Part shown: in pieces, positions 42,930 to 56,163 of the stretch
How the letters are laid out: each line of letters starts with the position of its first letter
How positions within the stretch are numbered: position 1 is the stretch's first letter
Source of the DNA: the human T2T-CHM13v2.0 reference genome, Homo sapiens
Length of the DNA stretch: 64,000 nt
Direction: 5' to 3' (one strand)
NCBI RefSeq assembly: GCF_009914755.1
Contig: NC_060933.1
Notes under the pieces: generated by a model
Databases searched by the model: none
The model's input: only the letters and a program-made list of their open reading frames with translations
Told to the model about the DNA's origin: nothing
Position numbers and translations under genes: made by a program

Positions 42930-43109
42930 GTGATGGCCTTAAAATGCCATCTAGTCTTCCAAGTGTATGAGGAACATATAGCATGGAGAACTTTAATGGC
43001 CCAAATTTGGTCCCTTTCTCCCTATGGCTAAAGGCAATGGCATCCCTGAGGCAGACAGCTTTTGTTTTTGCTTGCTTAACACCCCTCATACCTCTCGCCA
43101 CCCCACTTC

Positions 43110-43495
43110 AGGCCTGTACTTCAATTGGAATTGAGCCTAGTTTGGGCTCCAGTTTGGACCATAGACCTAAGTCTGACCAAAGAGATCAGTTGAAGTGTGA
43201 GCACAACTAATTAGAATAATCTCCAGGGATTTCAAGAAGAAGGAACTCCCTACTGGTGTTTCTAGGGTCGGGGAAAATCATCCTGGAGCTGTTAGTGCCC
43301 ATCTTTGGCCCCTCACTGGCCAGCTCAGAGATAAAAGGCAGAGAAATGATGCCTCATGTCATAGTTTGAACATTTAGATGCAGCCTAGAATATTTTGTTA
43401 CCTGAACCAACAAATTTTATCACCAATATCTACCACCATCCCTTTTTTAAGGCCGTTTTAGTTTGGTTTCTGTTACTTGGAACAGAAAGAGTAAT
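43110..43495 (+). mobile_element. Old MLT1 (J/K/L-like) LTR fragment
   Basis: 3' terminus ttttttaaggccgttttagtttggtttctgttacttggaacagaaagagt. Confidence 0.6.
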
Positions 43496-45061
43496 GATTA
43501 GTGTAAACACAAATACAAAAACTGCTTTTGCAAGATTACCACCAGAAACCTTGCAGCTATTAACTGAGAGTGGTGGTATCCCTAGGTTAGAAAATGCTTT
43601 GTCAAGCACAATTTTTCTCAGATTTCCAGGCTTCTCTGGCCTTCCTTCCTGATATGGATCTCTTTCCAGGTAGGTGTTCTCTGATCTCCACACACGGTCT
43701 TCTCTGCTTTAAGCCTCTTCCTAGCTCATCAATCACCCATGTATAAAGCCAAGTGCTAGCCTTCTACATTTACCCTTTTTCAGCCTTTAATTTTCTAAAC
43801 CCATCTCATGTGTCAGCTCAGCACAGGAGAGAGCAATGGGAATCAGAGATTTATATGGCACCGTGTACTTTATATTTAATAACTGATCTGTCATGGCATT
43901 TATCTGCATAAAAAGGTGGGTAATCCATGAGTGGCTTGGCAGCCGCAGACTCCAGTGACTTATGCTTCCTGTTCCCTATCTCATGAAGATGGACAGCTTG
44001 GTAGATACCAGCTCTCACATGTTCAGAAATCTTCAAATATATCCCTGAATCTCTTATTTGGAAAAATGTGAAGTAACCTCACCAGGAAACAGTGACTTAT
44101 AGCAACACAATATATGATGACGTGGTAGAAAATAATAGAAGCTGTATAGCTAGCAGGCTTTTAGTACAGATCCAATAGCTTGCAGGAGGTTTTTCATACA
44201 GCAGCTTTTGAGGCCTGGACCATCCTGTGATATGTAGATTAATTTTATTCCCTACTGCAAAGGCTCAGAGTTACAAAGCTACTAAGTGGCAAAGCTAGAA
44301 CATGCCCAACTTCAAAGCCCTGGTTCTTTCCATTATACTTTGTTTTTCTCCAGGTGGTTTACAACCATGAACTTGGGAGGACAAAGCAAGGTAAAACTGA
44401 CATTTTGGTTAAATAGGTATTGTGTCATTTATATGCCAGTTATCAACTTTGTAACATAAAATGAGAGACTTATAGATGATAAAGTAAACAAAAGCTGGCC
44501 TGACCCTCAAGGCTTCAGATTATTATTATTATTCTATCAATAGTCTATGAATGTGTCATATATTATCTGTCTGCTACCATCAGGTCACATTGTATTTGCC
44601 TTTTATGTTTACATTCACAAATATAATTTGCAAGTCCAATTTAGGGTAGTTAAAGACTATGATGGGTCAGATGGACCATCTGGAATTAAAAACACAACCG
44701 TATATCCTGAAGGCACTTGCATGTCTTCCTTAGGCATCTGGGAGGAAATTCTCAGGGAATTAAAGGTCTTAGAGGACTAGAGGTATGGTTACATTCTAAC
44801 AACCTGCCCTTCTTATTTTGCAACACTTAATGCTTTTGAATTTTCTTGCACGGTGACCTAGTTCTGAGCTACCACACAGTGCCTGGCCAATGGGAAACAC
44901 TTAGAAGTTGTTGAAATAAATGTATGATTAAGACACAGAACACCAAGTGTTTCATTAGAGAGTGCTGGCATCTTCTCCACTGGTTGAAGGTTAGAGGAAT
45001 AGAGTTGAGAACAAAGATGGCACATAGCTCTAAACCAGGTCAGATTTGAAGACTGTGTGCC

Positions 45062-45777
45062 CAATGAGATACCATCTCACACCAGTTAGAATGGCGATCA
45101 TTAAAAAGTCAGGAAACAACAGGTGCTGGAGAGGATGTGGAGAAATAGGAACACTTTTACACTGTTGGTGGGACTGTAAACTAGTTCAACCATTGTGGAA
45201 GACAATGTGGCGATTCCTCAAGGATCTGGAGCTAGAAATGCCATTTGACCCAGCCATCCCATTACTGGGTATATACCCAAAGGATTATAAATCATGCTGC
45301 TATAAAGACACATGCACACCTTTGTTTATTGCGACACTATTCACAATAGCAAAGACTTGGAACCAACCCAAATGTCCATCAGTGATAGACTGGAATAAGA
45401 AAATGTGGCACATATACACCATGGAATACTGTGCAGCCATAAAAAAGGATGAGTTCATGTCCTTTGTAGGGCCGTGGATGAAGCTGGAAACCATCATTCT
45501 CAGCAAACTATCGCAAGAACAAAAAACCAAACACCGCATGTTCTCACTCATAGGTGGGAATTGAACAATGAGAACACTTGGACACAGGAAGGGAAACATC
45601 ACACACTGGGGCCTGTTGTGGGGTGGGGGAAGTGGGGAGGGAAAGCATTAGGAGATATACCTAATGTAAATGAGGAGTTAATGGGTGCAGCACACCAACA
45701 TGGCACATGTATACATATGTAACAAACCTGTACATTGTGCGCATGTACCCTAGAACTTAAAGTATATTAAAAAAAAA
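45062..45777 (+). mobile_element. 5'-truncated L1PA (L1PA5/6-like) with open ORF2 C-terminus
   Basis: ORF 45046-45564 contains the L1 ORF2p C-terminus ([45 protein letters not shown]...MFSLIGGN). Also 3'UTR, A tail and 13-bp TSD aagactgtgtgcc at 45049-45061 and 45778-45790. Confidence 0.97.
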
Positions 45778-48700
45778 AAGACTGTGTGCCTTGCTTAGGG
45801 AGTTCAAATCACTAACCCTACAAATCATGTGTAGAGAAAAAAAGAAGGTGGTTTGCCCTCAGGATTTCCATCAGGACCAGTTCTCCAGAGATCAATGCCA
45901 AGTGAGGAAGAGAAGGAGCTTGGAGACCCTGGTAGTTCCTTCTACTCTGGATTATTCTGATTTCCAGGGTGACATAGGTACAGCAAAGTAGATGATGGTT
46001 GAGAAACAGCTGCAGTCCAAGAACAGTCATTTTCCAACAGATGTGCCAAAGGGGAGGGCACCCTCTGGAGGCTCCCAGCTGGAAAGCCAGCATCTTGGCC
46101 ATAGCCTTTTTCAAGGGGTGAGCATATCTGGTAGTGGCTTTAGCTTAAGAGCTTTGGCAGTTCCTGGCAAAGGGAGCAACTGGTATAGAACAACTAGGTC
46201 ATACATTTGCCACACTCTATATGGTTTAGGAGCCATTGGCTTGCCATCTGTACAGGCATCTTTACCCTCTTGTGAATGGGGAACAGGAAGCTCTAGACAG
46301 TAACTTCACACCTTAAGAGCAACCCCACCATCTGAAACTTCTATAGTCCTATGTTCCCCACTTTATAATAGATGATTCTGTTCCTTGATCCAACTGGTAG
46401 ATTAGTTATTCTCCTGTCAAAATATTTGCTGCACTTGCCTTCGGGGCACATCTTACAAATAAGGTGTTTGTCAGAATCTCTAACAGGACAAGAAGGGGGA
46501 GATACAACTAAGCTTCCAATAAATGGTTTTGTGACAACTGACTGCTATTGTACCCACTTGATTATAAATGTGTTTTGTAAGTATGGCAGAATTTATTCTT
46601 AGGACTTGATTTCATGAATAAATACAATCTGTGAGAAAACAATAGCCCACATATTAATAGCCTTCAGAAGCTACTGGTATATACCAAAATAACTTAAAAA
46701 ATTGAATGGGCAAACTGGCTTAGATCTGGTCTGCAATATGTGCTTCACCACCACCATTTTTTAACCTAAAATACCAGCTCTTCAGCTTACTAGTTCTATA
46801 ACCATGAACAAGTCATTTAGCTCTATCTGAACTCATTTGTAAATTCATTCATTTATCTTTTTAGCTTTTCTTCATTCGCTCTGTATTGAGATTCTATGTG
46901 CTAGCAACTGAATTTGGTGTTATAGAAGGACTAATATCTACTTCAAAGAGTAATTCCAAATATTAAGATAATTTATAAAATCTCCTAGCACAGAGGATTA
47001 GTTAATAACTTTCTCCTGTATATGAATTTGGAAACAAAACATGCTGGAGGGTAAGGCAAAGAAAAGCTTTTTTTGGGATTTGGTCCATCTAGGTGCATTA
47101 TTACTAAAGACTTTAGAGGTGTAATTTTTCCCTAAACAATAAAATGTAGGTATTAGTCTAATTGCCCAAAGGCTAAGTAAAATGAAGTTGAAGATCAGCA
47201 TTCACCCATGGGCAAATATTTTCTTTTTTGCTTTGGAATCCAGTCCATGATATAAGCCATATTCAGATACAGCCTAAGGATAAGGAAAGCCACCCTTTAA
47301 AGAGCATGCTGAGAGGTGCCCTAACTGCAGGTGAACAGCAGGGTTTCCTTGGAAGCATCTCCAAAGCAATCCTGAGTGACTGTGCACACAGTGCACTCTG
47401 TGCACACCCTGCTCTGCAAAGGATCCCCTCCCTGCTTCCTCCCAGTCTCTCTAGTAGGTAGTTCAGTTTATACCACATGAATGGTTGAAAAGTACTGTTC
47501 AGTTACCTGAAGAAATTTTTTACTTATGTACACTTCTACTCTGAAAACTTAGAGTGGAACTGGAATGAAAATTTTCAAAATATCAAGAAGTATGTGGATA
47601 TCCTAAAGCCACAATGAAAAGCCAAAAAAATTCATACAAGTTGCTTTGCTTGGTGAATCAGTGGGGGCTAATTAAATGTCCTGTTGATAATGGGAGATGT
47701 GGTGTGTTTTATAAGGGCTAAATAATCCTTCAGTGAGGCAAAGTGATGGTTTCTCTCATAGCAAGCTGCTGACTAATGTGAGGTAGGTGAACTCTTTGGA
47801 AGCGCCTTGAGCAAATGCACCTGGTACCCAAGCAAGGAGCCATTTATTAAAAAGCAGCCTGGGCGCCCCAGTGAAGGAAGAAAAGTTTAGGGCAACTGTG
47901 CATTGTACCTACTTTGCTTCCCCAAGAGTCAGACCTGGCAGCATTGTTGAAATTAGGAAGTATCAGATAATTTTGTATTGTAATCAGTTTCTACATAATC
48001 TTGCACAATGCAAAAGTAGAGACAATCTTCTTTAAGCTACAAGCTTTGTATTCTTCTTTGACCTCATATTGAAACTCCAGAAATCCACCCTTCATTCTGC
48101 TTTTTATCTCACCTGGCCTGGTTGGGTGCCCCTATGAATATAGATAGCTTTAGATCTTTGCCTTCTCTTCTTCAATGAAACTTGGCTTCCTAAAAAGATA
48201 AAGGAGCATGCTTTCAGAACCTATGACTCTTCTTACCATTTCTTTATGTCTTTGAACAATGGCTTGAAAGAGTGATACTTTATTAAATGCAAAGTGAGGA
48301 AAAAATTTTTGATCAAATCTCTTATTTTTTTTCTAAGTCTACATATATAAAATTCTGCTTAAAAATGTCTTTCAAAGACATTTTTAAGGAATGAATTATG
48401 GAAACATTTATTTTTATAACTCATTTGAGAAAGTTGAAAAAAATTTAGCTCTATCCAAACAGAGTTTAGTAGGTATGGAATAAAGTCATTTTCATTTATC
48501 TAGGAAAATATAACTATAGACAGTCAAACACTAATAGGGAAAGTCTGAAATGCACTGATATTAAAATTCAATAGTGTGCTTAAAAGCATTTTCCAGATTT
48601 ATTGTAAGGGGGCTATAATTATAAAGTAATTAGTAACAAGTTAAATACCAACAATGTTGATAATAATGACAATGCCAGCCAGCTACAGTGGCTCATGTTC

Positions 48701-49766
48701 GTTTTTTAAAAAGAAGTGTTAGAAAATCTAAACAAAGAACTGTCATTCCAATGCATTACATTTTCTTAATGTTGTGGAAGCCGTTTTTGAACCAGTTTGG
48801 AAAGTATAAAACTTTAGAACTTATCTTTGGAAATAAGAATTCACCTGGTCTAGTTGCAGTGGGCAAGATCAGCTCCAAAAGTAACATCTTAAAGTAGAGC
48901 TTTGATCTTTTCAAGTGATCTCAGCAAAATGGTAGACAAAGAAATTCCAATCTCTCATTCTTCAACAAACACATCAAAAACCCCAAGCAGAAACTAACTG
49001 AACCAACCTTTAAAAAGCTCTGGAAAGTAGTCAAAGATTCATAGCTAACAAGCTAATGCCTGGTCAAGAAAAAGCCATCTTTAAAATGGAAAGAAAGTTT
49101 TGTGGCATTTAACTTGTCCTTGTCCCACTCCTGCTCCCCACCAGTATGGCAGTGGTTTTGGTCTTCAAGCAGCATATTAGTTCTCAGTTCCCAACCTCAA
49201 ACTGGAGGGAACACAGCAGAACTTATTTGTAAATTTGCATACTTCTAGTCTAACTTGTCTGGGGAATATCTAAAAGATTGTTGTAAGTTTCTTGTCTCTG
49301 TTTCACCCAGCTTGAAACTTAGGCAGAAAAAGTGGTGGGTACTGCTTATAAAAGCTGCAAGGTGATGACAGACCTACAGATACCTGGAACAAGAGATTAT
49401 ATAGAGAGACATACAGTAGATTGTCTTGGGCCCAAGGAGCAGGTGGAGTGAGTAGCTTTGGGAAATTAAGACATTCAAAAGCAGTCATGTATATGGGGGA
49501 ATTTAGAAAGTCACATACACACATATCCAGACAAGATGTATGCTCAAAAAAGGCCAGAAAAGACCTTAAACTTTTACCTCAGAATGGCCCCTAGACTCAT
49601 AACAAACCTAACTAATTGTTGAAGGAGTTTTTCAGCACAGACCCAATCTCTAAAGACTAGGAGAGTTTCTGGCATTCAAGGAAATCTCTGTCCAAACATT
49701 TGCTGAACACAGAGACTTCAATGATTATGCATAATAAGAAATGGTATTTTCAAAAATAGTTTGGGG

Positions 49767-50176
<410 letters not shown>

Positions 50177-53100
50177 TTAACTACTCAATTTTAACTAAAA
50201 ATATTACAAGGCATACAAAGAAACAGGAACACATAGCTCATTCAAAAGAACAAAATAAACTGACAGAAATTATCCATGAGGAAATTCAGACACCAAACTT
50301 ACTAAACAGCGGCTTTAAAACAGCTGTCTTAAATATGCACAAAAAGCTAAAGGACAACATGAACAAAGACCTAAATAGAATCAGGAAAACAATATATGAA
50401 CAAAATGAGAATTTCAATAAAGAGATAGGAATTATAAAAAGGAATAAAACAGAAATTCTGGAGCTGAAAAATATAATAACTGACATTAAAAATCCACTGG
50501 AGATATTCAATATAAGCTTTGAGCAGAGAGAAAAGTAGCCATCCAATTTGAAGACAAGAAAATTAAAATTATCAAGTCTGAGAAACAGGAAGAAAAATAA
50601 TTAAGAAAAATGAACAGTGCCTAAGGGTTTTGTAAGACAACATTAAATTGATCAATATATGCATAATGGGAATTTCAGAAAAAGAAGTGAGAGAGAGCAT
50701 GGAAGAAAGAATAGTTGCAGAAATAGTGGCCAAAACTTCCCAAGTTGGATTAAAGACATGAATCTACAAATCCAAGAAGCACAACAAACTACAAGTATAT
50801 TAATCTCAAAGACACCAACAAGAAGATATATCATAATCAACTGTCAAAAGCAAAAACCAAGACAGAGCCTTGAAAGCAGCAAGAGAGACTAGTCACATAA
50901 AAAAAATTCTCAATAAGATTACCAGCCAACTTCTCATCAGAAATAGTTGAGTCCAGAAGTCAGTGGCATATTTAAAGAGCTGAAAGAAAGAAAAAACAGT
51001 CAACCAATAATTGTATATCTGGCAAAACTACCCTTCAAAATGAGGTAGAAATTAAGACATTTCCAGATAAACAAAAGCTGAGAGAGTTCATTGTCATTAG
51101 ACCTGCCTTGTAAGAAACACAAAAAGGAGTCCATTAGGTTGAAATGAAAGGATGCTAGAGAGTAACTTGAGGCCATATAAAGAAATAAAGATCCCTAGTA
51201 AAGGTAAATGCATGTAAAAGCCAGTAATTTGGCTTTCATTATTTTGGCTTATAATTCCACTTTTTATTTCTTGCAGTACTTGAAAAATAAATGTATAGAA
51301 ATAATTATAGATATTTATAATTTGGCACAGAATGGATAAAGATGTAATTTGTAATATTTAATAACATAACAGGGGATTAGGGTGGTATAGCAGTAGGGTT
51401 TTCTATGCAATTGAAATTAAGCTGTTATCAATTCGAATTAGATTGTTATAACTTTAGGATGTTATATGAAATTGCCATGGTAGCTAAAAAGAAATTATCT
51501 CTAGAATAGACACAAATGGAAATGAGAGGGGAACAAAAATATGTCACTACAAAAATATAACTAAATAAAAAGGAAGACTGTAAAGGAGAAAATTAGAAGC
51601 AAAACAACTACAAGACATACAGAATACAAATAAGAAAATTGCAATAGTATATCCTTCCCTGTCAGTACTCACTTTAAATGTAAATGGATTAAACTCTCCA
51701 GTGAAAAGATAAAAATTACTAGCATGGATAAAACAGCATGATCCAACTATACAGTGTCTGTAAGAGACCCATTTAGATCTAAAGGTACAAATATTAATAG
51801 GTTGAAGTGGGAGGATGAAAAAAATGCATTCCCTAAAAATAGTAACAAAAAGAGTTGGGTTGTTATACTAATATCAGACAAAATAAATTTTTTAGTAAAA
51901 AAATTTACAAAATACATAGACAGACACTATATATTGGAAAAGAGGCCAAATAATTAAAAAGACCTAGGAACTATAAACATATGTACACCAAACAACAGAG
52001 CACTTCAAATACATAAAACAAACTGATAAACTTGAAGAGAGAAATAGACAATTCTACAATTACTGTTGGAGATTTAAATACCTCATATTTAATAATGGAT
52101 AGAACATGCAGATTAATAAATTAATAAATAGACTGGACAACACAATAAACCAATTAAACTTAATAGATATACAGAACACTGCACCCAACAACAGAAAAAT
52201 GCATATTTTTCTCAGGTACAATTGAACATTCTTCAAGAGAGACCATATGTTATAACAAAAAATCAAATCTTAGTAACTTTAAAAAAATGAAAATCATATG
52301 AAGTATCTTTTCCAATCACAATGGAACAAAACTAGAAATCAAAAGCAAAAGGAAAACTGGAAAATCCACAAATGTGTAGAAAATAACAATGCATTCTAAA
52401 ACAACCAATGTTTTTAAGTAGGAAATCACAAGCAAAGTGAGAAAATATCTTAACACCAGTGCAAACTGAAACACAACATATCAAAGTTTATAGGATGCAG
52501 TAAAAGAAGTGCTAAGAGGGAAATTTATAGCTAAAAATGAATATTTTTAAAAAGGATCTCAATATCATAACATAAGGAACTTGAAAAAGAGAGCAAAGTA
52601 AATCCAAAATTAACAGAAGGAAAGTAATAATACACATTAGAACAGGGATAAATAATATAGAAAAACAATAGAGAAAATCAATAAAACCAGTCATTGATTC
52701 TTTGAAAAATCAACAAAACTTTAGTAGATATACTCAGAATAAAAGAGCAAAGTCTGAAATTAATAAAATCAAAACTGAAATGGGAATATGTCCACCAATT
52801 GTACAGAGATAAAAATGATCATAAGAGAATACAATGAATAATTTTACACCAACAAATTGGATGACCTAGATAAAATATGACAAATTCCTAGAAACACACA
52901 ATCCACCAAAACTGACTGATAAAGGAATGAAAAATATGTACAGACCTATAACTGGTAAGGAGATAAAATCAATAATCAAAAAGTTTCCAACAAAGAAAAG
53001 CCCAGGACCAGATGATTTCACTGGTGAATTCTCCTAAGTATTTGAAGAGAATTAACACCAATCCTCCTTAAATTTATCCAAAAATATTGAAGGAGTGGGA

Positions 53101-54133
53101 ATACTTCCTAACTCATTCTATGAAGTCAGTGTTACCCTGATACTAAAAGCCTGACAAAGATATTACAAGAAAAAAAAGCTACAGAAAACATTCCTTATGA
53201 ATATTGATATAAAAATTCTCAACAAAATACTTGCAAACTTAATTTAGTAAAATATTAAAAGGATTACACACCATGACCAAGGGGATTTTATTCCTGGAAA
53301 GCAAGAATGGTTCAACATGTAAAAATTAATCAGTGTAATACACTATTTTAATAGAATGAAGGAAAAAAACTACAAAGTACAGTTATCTCAACTGATGCAG
53401 AGAAAGCATTCAACAAAATTCAACACTGATTTATAATAAAAATACTCAATAATCTAAGAATAGAAGGAAACTTCTTCAACATGAAAAGGGCATTATATTT
53501 AATGGCAAAAGACTGAGAGCTTTTTCTCTAAGATCAGGAACAAGGCAAGGATGCCCACTATCACCACCTCCACATTTATGGAGTTCTAGCCAGAACAATT
53601 AGGCATGAAAAACAAAAGTCATACAAATTAGAAAGAAAGAAGTAATTATTTCTGTTTGCAGATAAGATCGTCTTGTACATAGAAAACCCTAAATATTCCA
53701 CAATAACACTGTTAGAGCAAGTGAATTCAGCAAAGTAGCAAGAAATAAAATATACACAGAAAAATTGGTTGCGTTTCTCTCTTCCATTTATCACATTATA
53801 AAGAATGAAATACTTAGGAATTAGCCAAAAATGTAGAGAGTTGTACAATGAAAATATAAAACTTTGATGAGAGAAATGTAAAGAGACATGAATAAATAGA
53901 AATATATTTCATTTTAATGGTTTGGAAGATAATATTCTTAAAATGCAAATACTACCCAAATTTGTCTATAGATTCAATGGAATCTCTGTCAAAATCCCAA
54001 TGACATTTTTTTTGGCAGAAATAGAAAAGTCCATCCTAAACTTCACATAGAATCTCAAGGGACCCCAGAATAGCCAGGAAATCTTATAAACCAACAACAG
54101 AAAAACAAAACTAAAAGATTCACAGTTCCTGAT

Positions 54134-54280
54134 GGCAGGAGAATTGTTTGAACCCAGGAGGCAGAGGTTTCAGTGAGGCGAGATCGTGCTATTGCACTCC
54201 AGCCGGGGCAACAAAAGCAAAACTTCTTCTCCAAAAAAAAAAAAAAAAAAAAAAAAAAACAAAACAAAACAAAAAAAAAA
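54134..54280 (+). mobile_element. 5'-truncated Alu right-arm fragment with long A tail
   Basis: ggcaggagaattgtttgaacccaggaggcagagg...long A run plus caaaa units; no TSD visible. Confidence 0.9.
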
Positions 54281-54380
54281 CTTACCACAAACCTACAGTA
54301 ATCAAAACAGTGTGGTACTGCCATAAAAACAGACATATATACCAATGGAATAAAATAGAAATTCCAGAAATAAACCCTGA

Positions 54381-54920
54381 TGAGAGAGAGTAGGGAGGTC
54401 CCACACTCTTTAATAATCAGATCTCATGGTAATAATTACCACAGGGCAGGCACCAAGCCATTCGTGAAGGATCTACCCTCATGACCCCAAAACCTCCCAT
54501 TAGACCCCACCTCCAACACTGGGGATCATATTTCTCTTTTATTTATCTATTTATTTATTTTTGAGACAGAGTTTCCTCTGTCACCCAGGCTGGAGTGCAG
54601 TGGTGTGATCTAGGCTCACTGCAGCCTCGACCTTCTGGACTCAGGTGATCCTCCTACCTCAGCCTCCTGAGTAGGTGGGACCACAGGCACACACCACCAC
54701 ACTCAGCTAATTTTTGTATTTTTGTTTGTTTGTTTTTTGTTTTTTTTTTTAGAGACAGGGTTTCACCATGTTGCACAGGCAGGTTTTGTACTCCTGAGCT
54801 CAAGCAATCTTCCTACCTCAGCTTCCCAAATTGCTGGGATTACAGGTATGAGCCACTGCTCCCAGGGGGGCTCACATTTTCACATGAGCTCTGGAGGGGA
54901 CAAACATCCAGCCTACATTA
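54381..54920 (-). mobile_element. MSTB-like LTR 5' half (inverted), containing AluJ
   Basis: cctcccattagaccccacctccaacactggggatca...catgag...ggacaaacatcc antisense MST 5' motifs. Confidence 0.85.
54534..54866 (-). mobile_element. AluJ
   Basis: ctcactgcagcctcgaccttctggactcaggtgatcctcc (J-type); TSD ggggatcatattt/ggggctcacattt. Confidence 0.9.
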
Positions 54921-55078
54921 AATAGGTTTACAGTTTTATGTCTCACTTTTAAATCTTTGATCCATTTTGAGTGGTCTTAGGTTGGGGTCCAACTTTATTA
55001 ATTTGCATGTGGCTATCTAGTTTTCCTGGAAATATTTGTTTAAAACACTATCTTTTCCCCATTGAATGGTGTTGGCAC

Positions 55079-55286
55079 TCTCGCTTCCTCTCTTGCCATG
55101 TGACACACCTGCTCCCCTCTGCCTTGTGCCATGAATAAAAGCCTCCTGAGGCCTCACTAGAAGCCAAGCAGATACAGATGCCATGCTTGTATAGCCTGCA
55201 GAACCATGAGCTAAATAAAATTCCTTTCTTTATAAATTACCCAATGTCAGGTATTCCTTCATAGCAATGCAAAACAGACTAATACA
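55079..55286 (+). mobile_element. MSTB-like LTR 3' half
   Basis: gcttcctctcttgccatgtgacacacctgctcccc...gcaatgcaaaacagactaataca. Confidence 0.88.
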
Positions 55287-56127
55287 CTCTAAGAAGAAAA
55301 CATGTGGCAAAGATTCACAGCATTGAACTTGACAGTGATTTTTCGGATAAGACACCAATGGTACAACAAAAGAAAAAAATAAACAAATTGGACTTCATGA
55401 AAATTAACAAATGTTGTGCATCAAAAGACATTATCAGCAGAGTAAAAAGCCAATCCACAGAATATGAGAAAACATTTGAAAATCATATATTTGATAAAGG
55501 ATTAATACCCAGAATATATAAAGAACTACAAAAATAAGCAACCCAATTAAAAAAAGGTGTAAAGGGCTTGAATAGACACTTCTCCACAGAAGATACACAA
55601 ATATTAATAGTTTATAAGCACATAAAACATATTTAACATCACTAGCCATTAGGGGAATGCAAACCAGAACCACAGTGAGATATCACTTCACATCTACTAA
55701 GGATGACTATTATCAAAAAATGAAAAATAACAAGTGTTGGCAAGGATTGGAGAAATTATAAGCTTTGGTCATTGCTGGTTGGAATGTAAAATGACATATC
55801 CACTGTGAAAAATTGTATGGTGATTTCTCAAAAAGTTAAGCAAAGAATTCTCATATGATTTAGGATTGTCTTTCCTAAATATATACCTGAAAGAATTTTA
55901 ATTGGAGATTCAAACAGACCAATGTTTATAGCAATATTATTCACAATAGCAAAAATGTGGAAACAACCCCAAAGTCCGTGCCCATTAACAGATTAATGAT
56001 GCACACAGATTAAACTGTGATGCACACACACACACCCCCCTACCTTAGAAGGCCTCAACACTGTTGCATTGGGGATTATGTTTCCAACACATGAATTTTG
56101 GGGGACACAGACCATCGTGAACATATG

Positions 56128-56130
<3 letters not shown>

Positions 56131-56160
<30 letters not shown>
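56131..56160. repeat. (AC)15 microsatellite
   Basis: Perfect dinucleotide run. Confidence 0.95.
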
Positions 56161-56163
<3 letters not shown>

